Positions 1 through 9,827 of a DNA stretch of 64,000 nt are shown here, in pieces. The notes beneath the pieces are model-generated. The model was not told where the DNA came from. It ran no database searches and saw only the letters and a program-made list of their open reading frames with translations. The position numbers and the translations under genes were made by a program. Numbering within the stretch: the first letter of the stretch is position 1; each line of letters begins with the position of its first letter. Origin of the DNA: Acidobacteriota bacterium (lineage in GTDB: Bacteria; Acidobacteriota; Thermoanaerobaculia; Gp7-AA8); the NCBI GenBank assembly GCA_019244185.1, contig JAFATB010000014.1:288001-352000 (forward strand), written 5' to 3'.

Positions 1-936
1 GGCGAGCGGCGGACGCATCGCGCGATTGCGCAGGCGTTGCACGAAACCGGCGCGGCTCGGCCGCCGCGGCGCGTGCAGCTCGCCGATGGCCGCGCGCGTC
101 AGCTCGTTCGCCCGCGCGTTGCGGGTCGTGGCGTAGTGATGGAGGCGGTGGAGGTACGTGTAGAAGACGGACGCGCCGCTCGCGGCGAGGTCTTCGTAGT
201 TCTTCATCGCCGTCTGCAGGGCGTTGCGCTCGAAGAGCACGCCGCGCTCGAAATCGCCGAGACGGTTGCTGGTCGTGCTCGACGCATGGCGCACGAGCGC
301 GCGCGGCTCGAAGAGCACGCGCCCGCCGGCGATCCACGTGCGCCAGCCGAAGTCGACGTCCTCGAGGTACGCGAAGTAGTCGCCGTCGAAGCCGCCGAGC
401 TCCGCGAGCTTGGCGCGCCGCGAGATCATGTTGCCGCCGCACGCGAAGAGCAGCTCGTCGCCGGACCGCGGCTCGTCACGAGAGCCGACGGGATAGCGGA
501 AGCCGTTCTGAAACGCGTGGCCGTCGAACGTCAGCACGCCGCCGATGAAGTCAAGCTGTTGACCTGTTGGGTCGACGATCTTGCCGCCGACGGACACAAC
601 GTCGTCCGACGCATCGTCGATCGCGCGCACCAGCGCCGCGAGCCAGCCCGGCTCCGGCACCGCGTCGTTGTTGAGGAACACGACGTTCGTCGCATCGGAG
701 CCCGCCAGCGCCGCGGCGAGGCCGCCGGTGAAGCCGCGGTTCTCGCGCAGCGCGAAGAGCTTCACGCGCGGATGCTGCGCCGCGAGCGCGGTGACGCTGC
801 CGTCGGTCGAGCCGTTGTCGACGACGGTGATCGACGCGCCGCCGGCGTCGCCGAGCTGTGCCTCGACCGCGCCGACGCACGCCAGCGTCTCGCGGCGGTT
901 GTTCCAGTTGACGACGATGATCTCGGTCGTGCTCAT
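1..936 (-). CDS. Glycosyltransferase family 2 (3' end runs off the window)
   Basis: Own translation from ATG at 936: MSTTEIIVVNWN...VVDNGSTDGS...ENRGF...FLNNDA...GGFDGDYFAYLEDVDFGWR; start overlaps the upstream stop (ATGA). Confidence 0.9.
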   Translation of the reverse strand, partial: MSTTEIIVVNWNNRRETLACVGAVEAQLGDAGGASITVVDNGSTDGSVTALAAQHPRVKLFALRENRGFTGGLAAALAGSDATNVVFLNNDAVPEPGWLAALVRAIDDASDDVVSVGGKIVDPTGQQLDFIGGVLTFDGHAFQNGFRYPVGSRDEPRSGDELLFACGGNMISRRAKLAELGGFDGDYFAYLEDVDFGWRTWIAGGRVLFEPRALVRHASSTTSNRLGDFERGVLFERNALQTAMKNYEDLAASGASVFYTYLHRLHHYATTRNARANELTRAAIGELHAPRRPSRAGFVQRLRNRAMRPPLA

Positions 937-2162
937 GCCGTCGTCGCGCGCCGCAGGCGCCGTTTGATGCGATGCAGGATCGAACGCGAGCGATCCGGCA
1001 GCACCGGCTTCATCGCGAACGTCTCTTTCGTGTTGTCGAAGCGCGGCGCGCGGCAGAACGCGCGCAGCGGCTCGAGCGTGCGGCTCCACTGATGCTCGTC
1101 GACGAACGCCCGCGCGCCGGCGACCATCGCGTCGTAGCGCGCGCGATCCTGCACGATGGCGAGGATCTCGTCCGCGAATGCCTGCGGCATGTCGCGCGCG
1201 ACAATCGCGCCGGCGCGGTAGCGTTCGAGGATCTCGTTCGTGCCGGGCGCGGAGCTCGTCACGATCGGCAGTCCGCACCACAGATAGTCATAGATGCGCG
1301 TGCGCATCGACAGCTCCGTCTCGATCGACGACGGAAACGTCAGCAGCGCCAGCGCGAAGCGTTCGAAGAACGACGCGCGCTCGTCGTACGCGGCCCACGG
1401 CTCGAAGCGCACGAACCGGTGTCCGCCCTCGCTCGCGTAACGCAGCGCTTCCGCGAGCTTGCCCTGCGGCGTGATGTCGGGATTCGGATGGCGCGTGAAC
1501 GTCAGCGTCGCGCCGGGCAGCGTTCTGCGCACGATGGCCACCGCGTCGATCGCGGCGATGGGGTCGTACCAGTCGTAAATGCCGCCGTAGAGAATCGCCG
1601 GCGCGGCGAGCTCGCGCGCGACCGGCACGCGTGCCGGCTGCACGCCGAACGGCGCGAGCGCGACGAGCGACTCGAGCCGCGGATCGTGTGCGAAGAGCAT
1701 CGGATTGAGACGCCCGACGGCGAGCAGCATGCCGAGGTAGAAGAGGCGCTGCGCGTCGGACGCGCAGAGGAAGAAGTCGCCGCGCAGCAGCGAATGCGTC
1801 AGCGTCAGATGATCGTGGTTGTACACCTCGGCGCCCTGCTCGCCGAAGTAGTGCAGGTTCTCGATGAGAAACGGATCGTACAGATCGACGACCGTCGGCA
1901 GCGGCTGTCCCTGCAGGAACAGCGCGTTGGCGACGTGCCCCTGCACGATGGCCGCGTCATGCGCGCGCGTCTCGCGTTCGAGGATCGGCGGATTGATGTA
2001 GTCGCCGCGGCACCCGTCGATCGTGCCCGCGTCGGGCGAGAGCATCGTGATGGCGTGGCCGTCGTCGCGCAGCACGCGCGCCATCTCCAGAAAGCGGATG
2101 CCTACTCCCGCGGGCTGACCATGTCCGAGCGGCTCGGGACAGACGAGCAGCAGCCGCGTCAT
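933..2162 (-). CDS. Glycosyltransferase family 4 (GT-B)
   Basis: Start MTRLLLVCPEPLG overlaps the upstream stop; PAGVGIRFLEMA, VVDLYDP, RIYDYLWCGLPIVTS. Confidence 0.85.
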   Translation of the reverse strand: MTRLLLVCPEPLGHGQPAGVGIRFLEMARVLRDDGHAITMLSPDAGTIDGCRGDYINPPILERETRAHDAAIVQGHVANALFLQGQPLPTVVDLYDPFLIENLHYFGEQGAEVYNHDHLTLTHSLLRGDFFLCASDAQRLFYLGMLLAVGRLNPMLFAHDPRLESLVALAPFGVQPARVPVARELAAPAILYGGIYDWYDPIAAIDAVAIVRRTLPGATLTFTRHPNPDITPQGKLAEALRYASEGGHRFVRFEPWAAYDERASFFERFALALLTFPSSIETELSMRTRIYDYLWCGLPIVTSSAPGTNEILERYRAGAIVARDMPQAFADEILAIVQDRARYDAMVAGARAFVDEHQWSRTLEPLRAFCRAPRFDNTKETFAMKPVLPDRSRSILHRIKRRLRRATTA

Positions 2163-4036
2163 CCACGCCCTCGGGCGCGCTCGAGCAGCGTGTGCACTCG
2201 CCACGTCTTCGAGCCATAGATCGTCTCGAGCAGGCCATTGAGGCGCGCGATCTCGACGCGCGCGCGTTCGAGTGCCTCGTGCGTCTCCGCGTTCGCGCGG
2301 CGCAGCGCGTCGTTCTCGCGCGTGGCGCGATCGAGCGCGAGCACTTTCTGCTCGTGGTCGCGCGCGATCTCCTCGAGGAAGCTCATCGACGCGGTCACGC
2401 CTTCGAGCTCGCGCACGCGCTGCGCGTAGCCGTTGATCGTGTGATGCGACTCGCCGAGCTGCGCGATGAGCGTCTGTTTCTCGCGTTCGAGCCGCGCGAT
2501 GTCGATGTGCGCGGAGTCGGCGCTGCCTTTCGCTTCGATGACTTCCGCGTACAGCGCGCCGGTGCGACTCTTCTGCCGTTCGAGCACGTTCGCGAAGACG
2601 TCGTTGTCGATGCGCGCGGCGTGCTTCGCCCACACCTGCCGCTTCGCGTCGCGGAAGCGTTGCGAGCCTTCCGGCGCCGCGAGCACGACGGAGCTGCCGC
2701 CTTCGAAGTGGCGGATCTCGCACGTCACGCGCGGCACGCGCAGGAAGTCGCCGCGCTCGGCAAGGCGAATCAGAAAGTCCCAGTCTTCGAACAGATCGAA
2801 TGCCGGGTCGAAGCCGCCAACCGCGAGGAAATCGTCGCGGCGGATGAGCAGCGTCGGCAGCGGGATGTAGTTATCGACGAGCAGCAGCTCGCGGTCGAAG
2901 TCCTGCGCGAAGAGGCGCAGGCGCGCGTGCGCTTCGTACGCGCCGCTCTCCGCCGGCCGCAGAAAGAGCGACACCGCGTCCGTGTACCACGCCGCATGCG
3001 ACGAGCCCAACGCCGCGGTGGCGAGCGTCTGCAGATGTTCGGGATAGAAGCGGTCGTCGTCATCGAGGAACGCGACGAACGCATTCGTCGCCGCGCGCAC
3101 GCCGGCGTTCGCCGCCTCGGAACGCCCGCGCGACGTCTCGTGCTGCACGAGCGTCACGCCGTCGAGCGCGAGCGCCGCGCCGCCGTCGTTCACGACCACG
3201 ATCTCGCACGGATAGCCGGTCGCGCGCACGGAGTCGATCGCCTCGCGCAGCAACGCCGGGCGATCCTTCGTGCGGATGACGACGCTCACCGGCAGCGGCT
3301 CGCGCGCCGTCTCCAGCGCGGGAGGCGTGCCGCATCGCGCGCGCAGCTCGCTGAGCGGCAGCGTGTGCAGCGACGGCAGGTCGATGACGAAGTAGCCTTC
3401 CGCGAACTTCGTCTCGCGCGGTAGCGTCATGGCGCGGTACGCGTTGAGACCGCGCGCGTAGCTGACGTAGTCGCGCGTGGCGAGCTGCGACGCGTGCTCC
3501 GCGATCGCGGCGTACTTTGCGTCCGCAACGCTGGTGATGTCGACGAGCGCGTTCGGACGGATCGGCTGCCCGACCTCGTAGAACGCGACGCGCGTCACGG
3601 CGAGATCGGCGAAGAGCGTTTCACCGCGTTGCACGAGCTCGCAGAAGATGCGCGCGAGCGCGAAGTGATCGGGATGAATCTCGATGGGACTCGGGACGAG
3701 CACGAGATCGGGGCGGAACGCGAGGAGATGCTCGCGCAACGGCTCCGCCGCGGCGTCGTTGAGGGCGCGATCGGGGAAGCGGAGGAACTCGAGCTGTGCG
3801 TGTCCGCCGAGGGAGGCGAGGGCGCGGCGCGATTCCTCCTCGCGTGTCGCGGCGTCGCCGGCCTGCGCGCCGTCGGTCGCGACCACCACGCGCACCGGAC
3901 GTGCTTCGGCGAGGTGCAATGCGACGAGGCCGCCGCAGCCGATCACCTCATCGTCGGGATGAGGGGCGAGCACGAGCAGCCGCTCGCCGCGAAGCTGCGC
4001 CGGTTCGTACGGAATCGACTCCGCCTCGATGAGCAC
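2159..4036 (-). CDS. PIG-L/LmbE deacetylase + GT2 + C-terminal coiled-coil fusion
   Basis: APHPDDE and HPDH (PIG-L); VSVVIRTKDR, FLDDDD, EDWDF (GT2); heptad-rich tail ending IYGSKTWR. Confidence 0.88.
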   Translation of the reverse strand: MLIEAESIPYEPAQLRGERLLVLAPHPDDEVIGCGGLVALHLAEARPVRVVVATDGAQAGDAATREEESRRALASLGGHAQLEFLRFPDRALNDAAAEPLREHLLAFRPDLVLVPSPIEIHPDHFALARIFCELVQRGETLFADLAVTRVAFYEVGQPIRPNALVDITSVADAKYAAIAEHASQLATRDYVSYARGLNAYRAMTLPRETKFAEGYFVIDLPSLHTLPLSELRARCGTPPALETAREPLPVSVVIRTKDRPALLREAIDSVRATGYPCEIVVVNDGGAALALDGVTLVQHETSRGRSEAANAGVRAATNAFVAFLDDDDRFYPEHLQTLATAALGSSHAAWYTDAVSLFLRPAESGAYEAHARLRLFAQDFDRELLLVDNYIPLPTLLIRRDDFLAVGGFDPAFDLFEDWDFLIRLAERGDFLRVPRVTCEIRHFEGGSSVVLAAPEGSQRFRDAKRQVWAKHAARIDNDVFANVLERQKSRTGALYAEVIEAKGSADSAHIDIARLEREKQTLIAQLGESHHTINGYAQRVRELEGVTASMSFLEEIARDHEQKVLALDRATRENDALRRANAETHEALERARVEIARLNGLLETIYGSKTWRVHTLLERARGRG

Positions 4037-4078
4037 GGCCGCATTGTATTACCCACTACAATGACGGCGGGTTCGCGG

Positions 4079-5110
4079 ATGGGGCAGGAGCAACCGGAGC
4101 AGGAGCTCGCGCGTCTGCGCGAGGAGCATCGACAGATCAAAGACGTCCTGGCATTGATCCAGGAGCTGACCTCGCGCGTCGTCCGCAGCGACTCGGTCGG
4201 CGATCTGTTCTGCCGTGCGTTCTCCACGCTCTTCCGCTGCGTGCCGTTCGACGTCGGCATCGCGGTGATGATCGAGCAGAACCTCGATCTCTTTCTGACG
4301 ACGCGCGAAGGCGCCGGCGCGCTGGTGAGCGAAGAGCTCATCGCCAAGATCCGCGCCACGCTCGAGCGGCTCATCCCGGTCTCGTTCGCGACGACCGAGG
4401 TCGTCGTCAAATCGGAGACGCACGAACTGCCGGCGGGCGAAGCGTACAGCCTCCGCTGCGAGGCGGTGGCGCTGCTCGAACAGGAGAGCCGCACCGCGGG
4501 CGTGCTGCTGCTGTATCGCGAGAAGGGATTCACCGACGACGAGCGGCGGATCCTCGCGATCTTCTCGACGCAGGTGGCCATGCTGCTCGCGACCATTCAC
4601 GCGCGCGAGAAGATCACCAACCTCGCCGACACCGACGATCTCACCGGCATCTGGAACAAGCGCTACTTCCGGCGGCAGTTGCCGTATGAGATCGAGCGTG
4701 CGCGGACGTTCAACGTGCCGCTGTCGCTGCTCTTCTTCGACATCGACGGCTTCAAGCAGATCAACGACAGCTTCGGCCACGTCATCGGCGACGTCGTGTT
4801 GTCGGAGCTCTGCGGCGCCGCGCGCGAGACGCTGCGTCCGACGGACACGCTGGCGCGTTTCGGCGGCGACGAGTTCGCGATCATCCTGCCGCATACGGAT
4901 CTCTACGGCGCGAGCAAGGTCGCGGAACGGCTGCTGCAGCGCATGCGCGTGATGACCATTCCCACCGATGACGAGAGCGCGATTCGCTGTTCGATCTCCA
5001 TCGGCATCGCGGAGTACGCGCGCGACGAGAGCGCGAACGATCTCACGCGCCGCGCCGACGAGCGGCTCTACCAGTCGAAGCGGCAGGGGAAAAACCGCTA
5101 CACTGCCTGA
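4079..5110 (+). CDS. GAF-like sensor diguanylate cyclase
   Basis: DDLTGIWNKR, DIDGFKQINDSFGH, RPTD I-site, RFGGDEF; start uncertain (4061 or 4079). Confidence 0.9.
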   Translation: MGQEQPEQELARLREEHRQIKDVLALIQELTSRVVRSDSVGDLFCRAFSTLFRCVPFDVGIAVMIEQNLDLFLTTREGAGALVSEELIAKIRATLERLIPVSFATTEVVVKSETHELPAGEAYSLRCEAVALLEQESRTAGVLLLYREKGFTDDERRILAIFSTQVAMLLATIHAREKITNLADTDDLTGIWNKRYFRRQLPYEIERARTFNVPLSLLFFDIDGFKQINDSFGHVIGDVVLSELCGAARETLRPTDTLARFGGDEFAIILPHTDLYGASKVAERLLQRMRVMTIPTDDESAIRCSISIGIAEYARDESANDLTRRADERLYQSKRQGKNRYTA

Positions 5111-5113
5111 CGG

Positions 5114-5851
5114 ATGCCGTACCTCATCGCCAACTGGAAAATGAACCTTCCGCCGGAAGGGATCGACGCGTACATGGCCACCGTCGGCGCGGCGGAACCG
5201 GGCGACGTCACGATCGTGGTCTGTCCGCCGTTTCCGTTCCTGCGCACACTCGGCGCCTGCGGCGCCGGCGTCTGCGTCGGCGCGCAGAACTGCAGCGATC
5301 AGCAGAGCGGCGCGTTCACCGGCGAAGTCGCGCCGTCGATGCTGCGCCGTTCCGGCGCCGACTTCGTGATCCTCGGCCACTCCGAACGCCGCACGCTCTT
5401 TCACGAGAACGACGCGCTCATCGCGCGCAAGCTCTCGCTCGCGCTGGAGACCGGACTCACGCCCGTGCTCTGCATCGGCGAGGATCTGCGCGTGCGCGAC
5501 TCGGGACAGGTCTCGCGCTTTCTCGCCGATCAGATCAAGGTCGCGGCGGTCGACGCGCTCGCGTCGGGAGAGAAGGTGATCCTCGCGTACGAGCCGATCT
5601 GGGCGATCGGCACGGGACGCAACGCGAGCGGCGCGATGGTCGCGGAGACGCTCGTCGAGATCCGCGCCGCGCTCGAGCGCTTCTGGCCCGCGGCGCACGC
5701 GCGCGCGCCGATTCTCTACGGCGGCAGCGTCACGCCGGACAACGTCGACGACCTCGTCGAGCACGGAACGATCGACGGATTTCTCGTCGGCGGCGCGAGC
5801 CTCGACGCGCGAAAGTTTCTCGCCATCCACGCGGGATTGCGGCGCGGCTGA
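5114..5851 (+). CDS. tpiA: Triosephosphate isomerase
   Basis: ANWKMN, GHSERR, AYEPIWAIGTG, YGGSV, LVGGAS. Confidence 0.97.
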   Translation: MPYLIANWKMNLPPEGIDAYMATVGAAEPGDVTIVVCPPFPFLRTLGACGAGVCVGAQNCSDQQSGAFTGEVAPSMLRRSGADFVILGHSERRTLFHENDALIARKLSLALETGLTPVLCIGEDLRVRDSGQVSRFLADQIKVAAVDALASGEKVILAYEPIWAIGTGRNASGAMVAETLVEIRAALERFWPAAHARAPILYGGSVTPDNVDDLVEHGTIDGFLVGGASLDARKFLAIHAGLRRG

Positions 5852-5857
5852 ACGCTC

Positions 5858-5886
5858 TTGACACCGCGCCACCTTCCGGGAAGAAT
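5858..5886 (+). promoter_or_regulatory. Sigma70-type promoter for secG/tRNA-Leu
   Basis: TTGACA (5858-5863), 17-nt spacer, AAGAAT (5881-5886). Confidence 0.65.
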
Positions 5887-5928
5887 TCGCACCCCTGACC
5901 GGTTCACTGTCAGCGCACCGGAGAATCC

Positions 5929-6216
5929 ATGATTGTTCTTCTCGTCATTTTGCACGTCATCATCAGCCTGTTTCTGATCCTCGTCGTCCTCGTCCAGCAG
6001 GGCAAGGGAGCGGATCTCGCGGGCGCGTTCGGTGGCGGCGGCTCGCAGACGGCGTTCGGCGCGCGCGGCGCGACCACGCTGCTGCACAAGCTGACGACCG
6101 GATTCTTCGTCGCGTTCGTCGTCACCTCACTGGCCCTCGCGGTGCTGCAGGCTCGTCCGCGCAGCTCCGTCATGTCCGGATCCGCCGCCGCTCCGACCGC
6201 GCCGGCGAAGAAGTAA
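5929..6216 (+). CDS. secG: Preprotein translocase subunit SecG
   Basis: Two hydrophobic segments around VLVQQGKGADLAGAFGGGGSQTAFG; tpiA-secG-tRNA-Leu synteny. Confidence 0.95.
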   Translation: MIVLLVILHVIISLFLILVVLVQQGKGADLAGAFGGGGSQTAFGARGATTLLHKLTTGFFVAFVVTSLALAVLQARPRSSVMSGSAAAPTAPAKK

Positions 6217-6236
6217 CGAAGCTCTTTGTACTGCCT

Positions 6237-6321
<85 letters not shown>

Positions 6322-6337
6322 TTCAGCAACCCGATCG

Positions 6338-6369
6338 AAAGCTCGCCGCACGGCGAGCTTTTTCGTTTT
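6338..6369 (+). terminator. Rho-independent terminator
   Basis: AAAGCTCGCCG-CA-CGGCGAGCTTT followed by T-rich TTCGTTTT. Confidence 0.8.
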
Positions 6370-6431
6370 GCGGCGAACCTTCGGGAACTCCAGCGTCGCG
6401 TCTCTCTCATCAGCCGAAGGACGAGACGACG

Positions 6432-7361
6432 ATGCTGCGATGGATGAGCGTTCTCCTGGCACTCTGCATGACCGCCTGCGGCACGATGCGTTCGACGGCG
6501 ATCGTGCGGCGCGGCGGCGTTCCGAACGAACACGTCGAGATCGCGCGGCTCGCGCAGCAGGTCGATTCCGAACTGCAGTACCTGCCGGTCGCCGCCGCGT
6601 TCAGCGCCGCGGTCTACGTCGACGCCCCGCTCACGACTCCGCTCGCGCAGTTCGAGCCGAAGACGGCCGATGAACGCGACGCGATCGCGCTGCTTCCTTC
6701 ATCCGGATGGGTCGAGCGCACGGACGCGGATCTCCCGCGCACGAAGATCGCCGGAAAGCGGCAGACGCCCGACCTGACGTATCGCTTGTGGGTGACGACG
6801 GAAGGCACGCCCCGCGTGGCGATGCTCGTCTTTCGCGGAACGCACATCCGCGCGGACTGGATCTCGAATCTCCGCTGGTTCGATTCCTGGTGGTATCCGA
6901 CCGAAGATCATTACGAGCAGACCGAGCGGATCACCGGCGATCTCGTGCAGTGGATTCACGCGCACTACGGCAACGACGCGATCATCTACACCGCAGGCCA
7001 TTCCCTCGGCGGCGGGCTCGCGCAGACGGCGGCCTACACGGCGTGCGGCGACATCCGCTCCGTCTTCGCGTTCGACTCGACGCCGGTGACGCGGCATCGC
7101 GCCGCGAACGGGTGCGGCGCGCGACGTCCGCGGGAGTTCTGGCGCGTCTACGAGCAGAGCGAGATCCTCTCGTACGCGCGCTTCGTCGTGCGTGTCCTGC
7201 TTGATCTGAAGGTCGCGCGTCCGCAGATCACCGAGCTGAAGGTGCATCTCTTTCCCGGCGTCGGCGTACGCGGTCACAGCATGCTGAAGCTGGCCACGGA
7301 ACTGAAGGCAAAGTCCGCGCAGACGTCCGTCGCCGCGCGCGACGCGCTCAGCGCTCGCTGA
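6432..7361 (+). CDS. Predicted lipoprotein, lipase class 3-like alpha/beta hydrolase
   Basis: Lipobox-like MLRWMSVLLALCMTA-C; VFRGT, DWISN, nucleophile elbow GHSLGG, C-terminal HSM. Confidence 0.8.
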   Translation: MLRWMSVLLALCMTACGTMRSTAIVRRGGVPNEHVEIARLAQQVDSELQYLPVAAAFSAAVYVDAPLTTPLAQFEPKTADERDAIALLPSSGWVERTDADLPRTKIAGKRQTPDLTYRLWVTTEGTPRVAMLVFRGTHIRADWISNLRWFDSWWYPTEDHYEQTERITGDLVQWIHAHYGNDAIIYTAGHSLGGGLAQTAAYTACGDIRSVFAFDSTPVTRHRAANGCGARRPREFWRVYEQSEILSYARFVVRVLLDLKVARPQITELKVHLFPGVGVRGHSMLKLATELKAKSAQTSVAARDALSAR

Positions 7362-7665
7362 TGCGGCGGTCGTAATCGGCGGCGCGGTCGAGGAACGACT
7401 CGATGCTGCGGCCGAGGGCGAGCTTTTCGGTGAGGTCGGTGGCGCGGTCGAAGTCGGTGCGCAGGCGCTCGGCTTCGGCGAGGTAGTAGTCGCGCAGTCC
7501 CGTTTCGATCTTGAACTCGGGGTACTTCTCGGCCAGCGTCCGCATCCACTCTTCGACCTGGCGGCGGCGGTCCTTGTCGCCGGAGCCGCCCTTGAGGTCC
7601 TCGAGAAGCTTCGTCACGACACCCGACAGGATCTGCGTCCGCTGCTGCTGCAAAGCTTCGTTCAT
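7348..7665 (-). CDS. Hypothetical helical protein (105 aa)
   Basis: Clean ORF with genome-typical codon usage; TACCAT box 9 nt before ATG. Confidence 0.75.
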   Translation of the reverse strand: MNEALQQQRTQILSGVVTKLLEDLKGGSGDKDRRRQVEEWMRTLAEKYPEFKIETGLRDYYLAEAERLRTDFDRATDLTEKLALGRSIESFLDRAADYDRRISER

Positions 7666-7700
7666 GGCGGGCGAATGGTAACAGCTACAATGCGCGCGCG

Positions 7701-9200
7701 ATGAAAGTCCTCGTTGCGAATCGCGGCGAGATCGCGGTGCGCGTCATCCGCGCCTGCCGCGAGCTCGGTTACCCGACCGTCGCCGTCTACTCCGAACCCG
7801 ACCGCACCGCGCTCCACGTCGTCTACGCCGATCAGGCCATGCCCATCGGTCCCGCGCCGTCGCGCGAGAGCTATCTGCGCATCGACCGCATCCTCGACGC
7901 CGCGAAGAAATCGGGCGCGGACGCGGTCCATCCCGGCTACGGCTTTCTGGCGGAGAACGCGGAGTTCGCGCGCGCGTGCCGCGACGCGGGACTCGTCTTC
8001 ATCGGACCGTCGCCCGAATCGATCGAGGCGATGGGCTCGAAGACCGAGAGCCGCCAGCGCATGCAGGCCGCGGGCGTGCCGGTCGTGCCCGGGCTCACCG
8101 AGCCGGTGAAGTCGTTCGACGAGATCGAGGCGTTCGCACGCAGCACCGGCTTTCCGATCATGATCAAGGCGTCGGCGGGCGGCGGCGGCAAAGGCTTGCG
8201 GCTCGTCGAGCGCGAGGAAGACCTGCGCTCGTCGTACGAGCGCGTCACGAGCGAAGCGGAATCGTTCTTCGGCGACGGCGCGGTCTACGCGGAGAAGTTC
8301 ATCAGCTCACCGCGCCACATCGAAGTGCAGGTCGTCGGCGACCAGCACGGCAACATCGTCCACGTCGGCGAGCGCGAATGCACGCTGCAGCGCCGCCATC
8401 AGAAAGTCGTCGAGGAATGTCCGTCCGCGGTCGTCGACGCGGAACTCCGCGAGCGTCTCGGCGCGATGGCCGTCAAAGCCGCGGCCGCGGTCAACTACTA
8501 CTCGACCGGCACGATCGAATGCCTCATGGGACCCGATCGCGAGTTCTACTTCCTCGAGATGAACACGCGTCTGCAGGTCGAGCATCCGGTGACGGAGATG
8601 GTGTGGGGCGTCGATCTCGTGAAGGAGCAGTTGCGCGTCGCGCGCGGCGAGCGGCTCTCGTTCACGCAGGACGAACTGCGGCCGCTCGGCCACGCCATCG
8701 AGTGCCGCGTCTACGCCGAGGATCCGGCGCGCAAGTTCGCGCCGTCGCCGGGGCTCATTCGGTATCTCAATCTGCCGGAAGGTCCCGGCGTGCGCAACGA
8801 CAACGGCGTCTACGCGGGCTACACGGTGCCGGTGTTCTACGACCCGATGCTCTCGAAGCTCATCGCGCACGGCAAGACGCGCGACGAGGCCATCGGCCGC
8901 ATGCGCCGCGCGCTCTCGGAGTATCGCGTCGACGGCATCATGACCACGATCCCGTTCTTCACCTTCATCATGCAGCATCCCGACTTCATCGCCGCGCGCT
9001 TCGACACCGGCTTCATCGACCGCATCCTGCCGACGATCGACTTCAGCCATCGGGCGGAAGACGACGCGCAGCTCGACGCCGCGTTCGCGGCGGCGGCCAT
9101 CGCCGCGTTCGAGGAGTCGCAGAGCGTGAAGCTGCCCGAAGACACGCCGTCCCGCTGGCGCGAGACGGGACGCGGCGACGCGTGGCGGGGGCGGCTGTGA
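7701..9200 (+). CDS. accC: Acetyl/propionyl-CoA carboxylase biotin carboxylase subunit
   Basis: ANRGEIA, HPGYGFLAEN, GGGGKG, QRRHQK, EMNTRLQVEH. Confidence 0.95.
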   Translation: MKVLVANRGEIAVRVIRACRELGYPTVAVYSEPDRTALHVVYADQAMPIGPAPSRESYLRIDRILDAAKKSGADAVHPGYGFLAENAEFARACRDAGLVFIGPSPESIEAMGSKTESRQRMQAAGVPVVPGLTEPVKSFDEIEAFARSTGFPIMIKASAGGGGKGLRLVEREEDLRSSYERVTSEAESFFGDGAVYAEKFISSPRHIEVQVVGDQHGNIVHVGERECTLQRRHQKVVEECPSAVVDAELRERLGAMAVKAAAAVNYYSTGTIECLMGPDREFYFLEMNTRLQVEHPVTEMVWGVDLVKEQLRVARGERLSFTQDELRPLGHAIECRVYAEDPARKFAPSPGLIRYLNLPEGPGVRNDNGVYAGYTVPVFYDPMLSKLIAHGKTRDEAIGRMRRALSEYRVDGIMTTIPFFTFIMQHPDFIAARFDTGFIDRILPTIDFSHRAEDDAQLDAAFAAAAIAAFEESQSVKLPEDTPSRWRETGRGDAWRGRL

Positions 9201-9703
9201 AGTTCATCGTTCGTGAAGGCAGCAACGAGCGCGAAGTGGAAGTCCTCCGCCACGGCAGCGGCTATCGCGTGCGCCTCGGCGATCGCTGGCTCGACGCCGA
9301 CTTCGTGAACATCGGCGCGTCGGTGCGTTCTCTACGCCTCGAAGACGGCACCCAGGTCGCGCTCCTTCATCACAGCAGCGGTACGACGCACGAGATCTCC
9401 CTCGGCCACGGCACGGTGCAGCTCGACGTCGTCGATCCGCTCGCCGCGCGGCGCCGCGGACGCTCGGACGACATGGGCGGCGGCGGCGTGGTGAAGGCGC
9501 TCATGCCGGGCCGCGTCGTGCGCCTCTTGGTCGAGCAGGGGGCGAGCGTGCGCAAGGGCGCGGGGCTGCTGATTCTCGAAGCGATGAAGATGGAGAACGA
9601 GATTCAGGCGCCGGCGGACGGCGTCGTCGACGAGGTCTTCGTCACCGCCGGACAGACCGTCGAGAGTGGGGCAGAGCTGTTACACATCAGCGCGAACGCG
9701 TGA
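9197..9703 (+). CDS. Biotin carboxyl carrier (biotinyl domain) protein
   Basis: GTG start overlapping the accC stop; MPGRVV and LEAMKMENE biotinylation motif. Confidence 0.9.
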   Translation: MKFIVREGSNEREVEVLRHGSGYRVRLGDRWLDADFVNIGASVRSLRLEDGTQVALLHHSSGTTHEISLGHGTVQLDVVDPLAARRRGRSDDMGGGGVVKALMPGRVVRLLVEQGASVRKGAGLLILEAMKMENEIQAPADGVVDEVFVTAGQTVESGAELLHISANA

Positions 9704-9827
9704 TGGGCACGCGATCTGCTGCGCTCCGCTTACACGCTGGAGCAGGTAACGCGCTACACTCTCCGGCAGCAGCAGCGGAGCCACGACAGAAACGTCAACC
9801 CGTCCTGCCGCAGAAAGGGCACACCGA

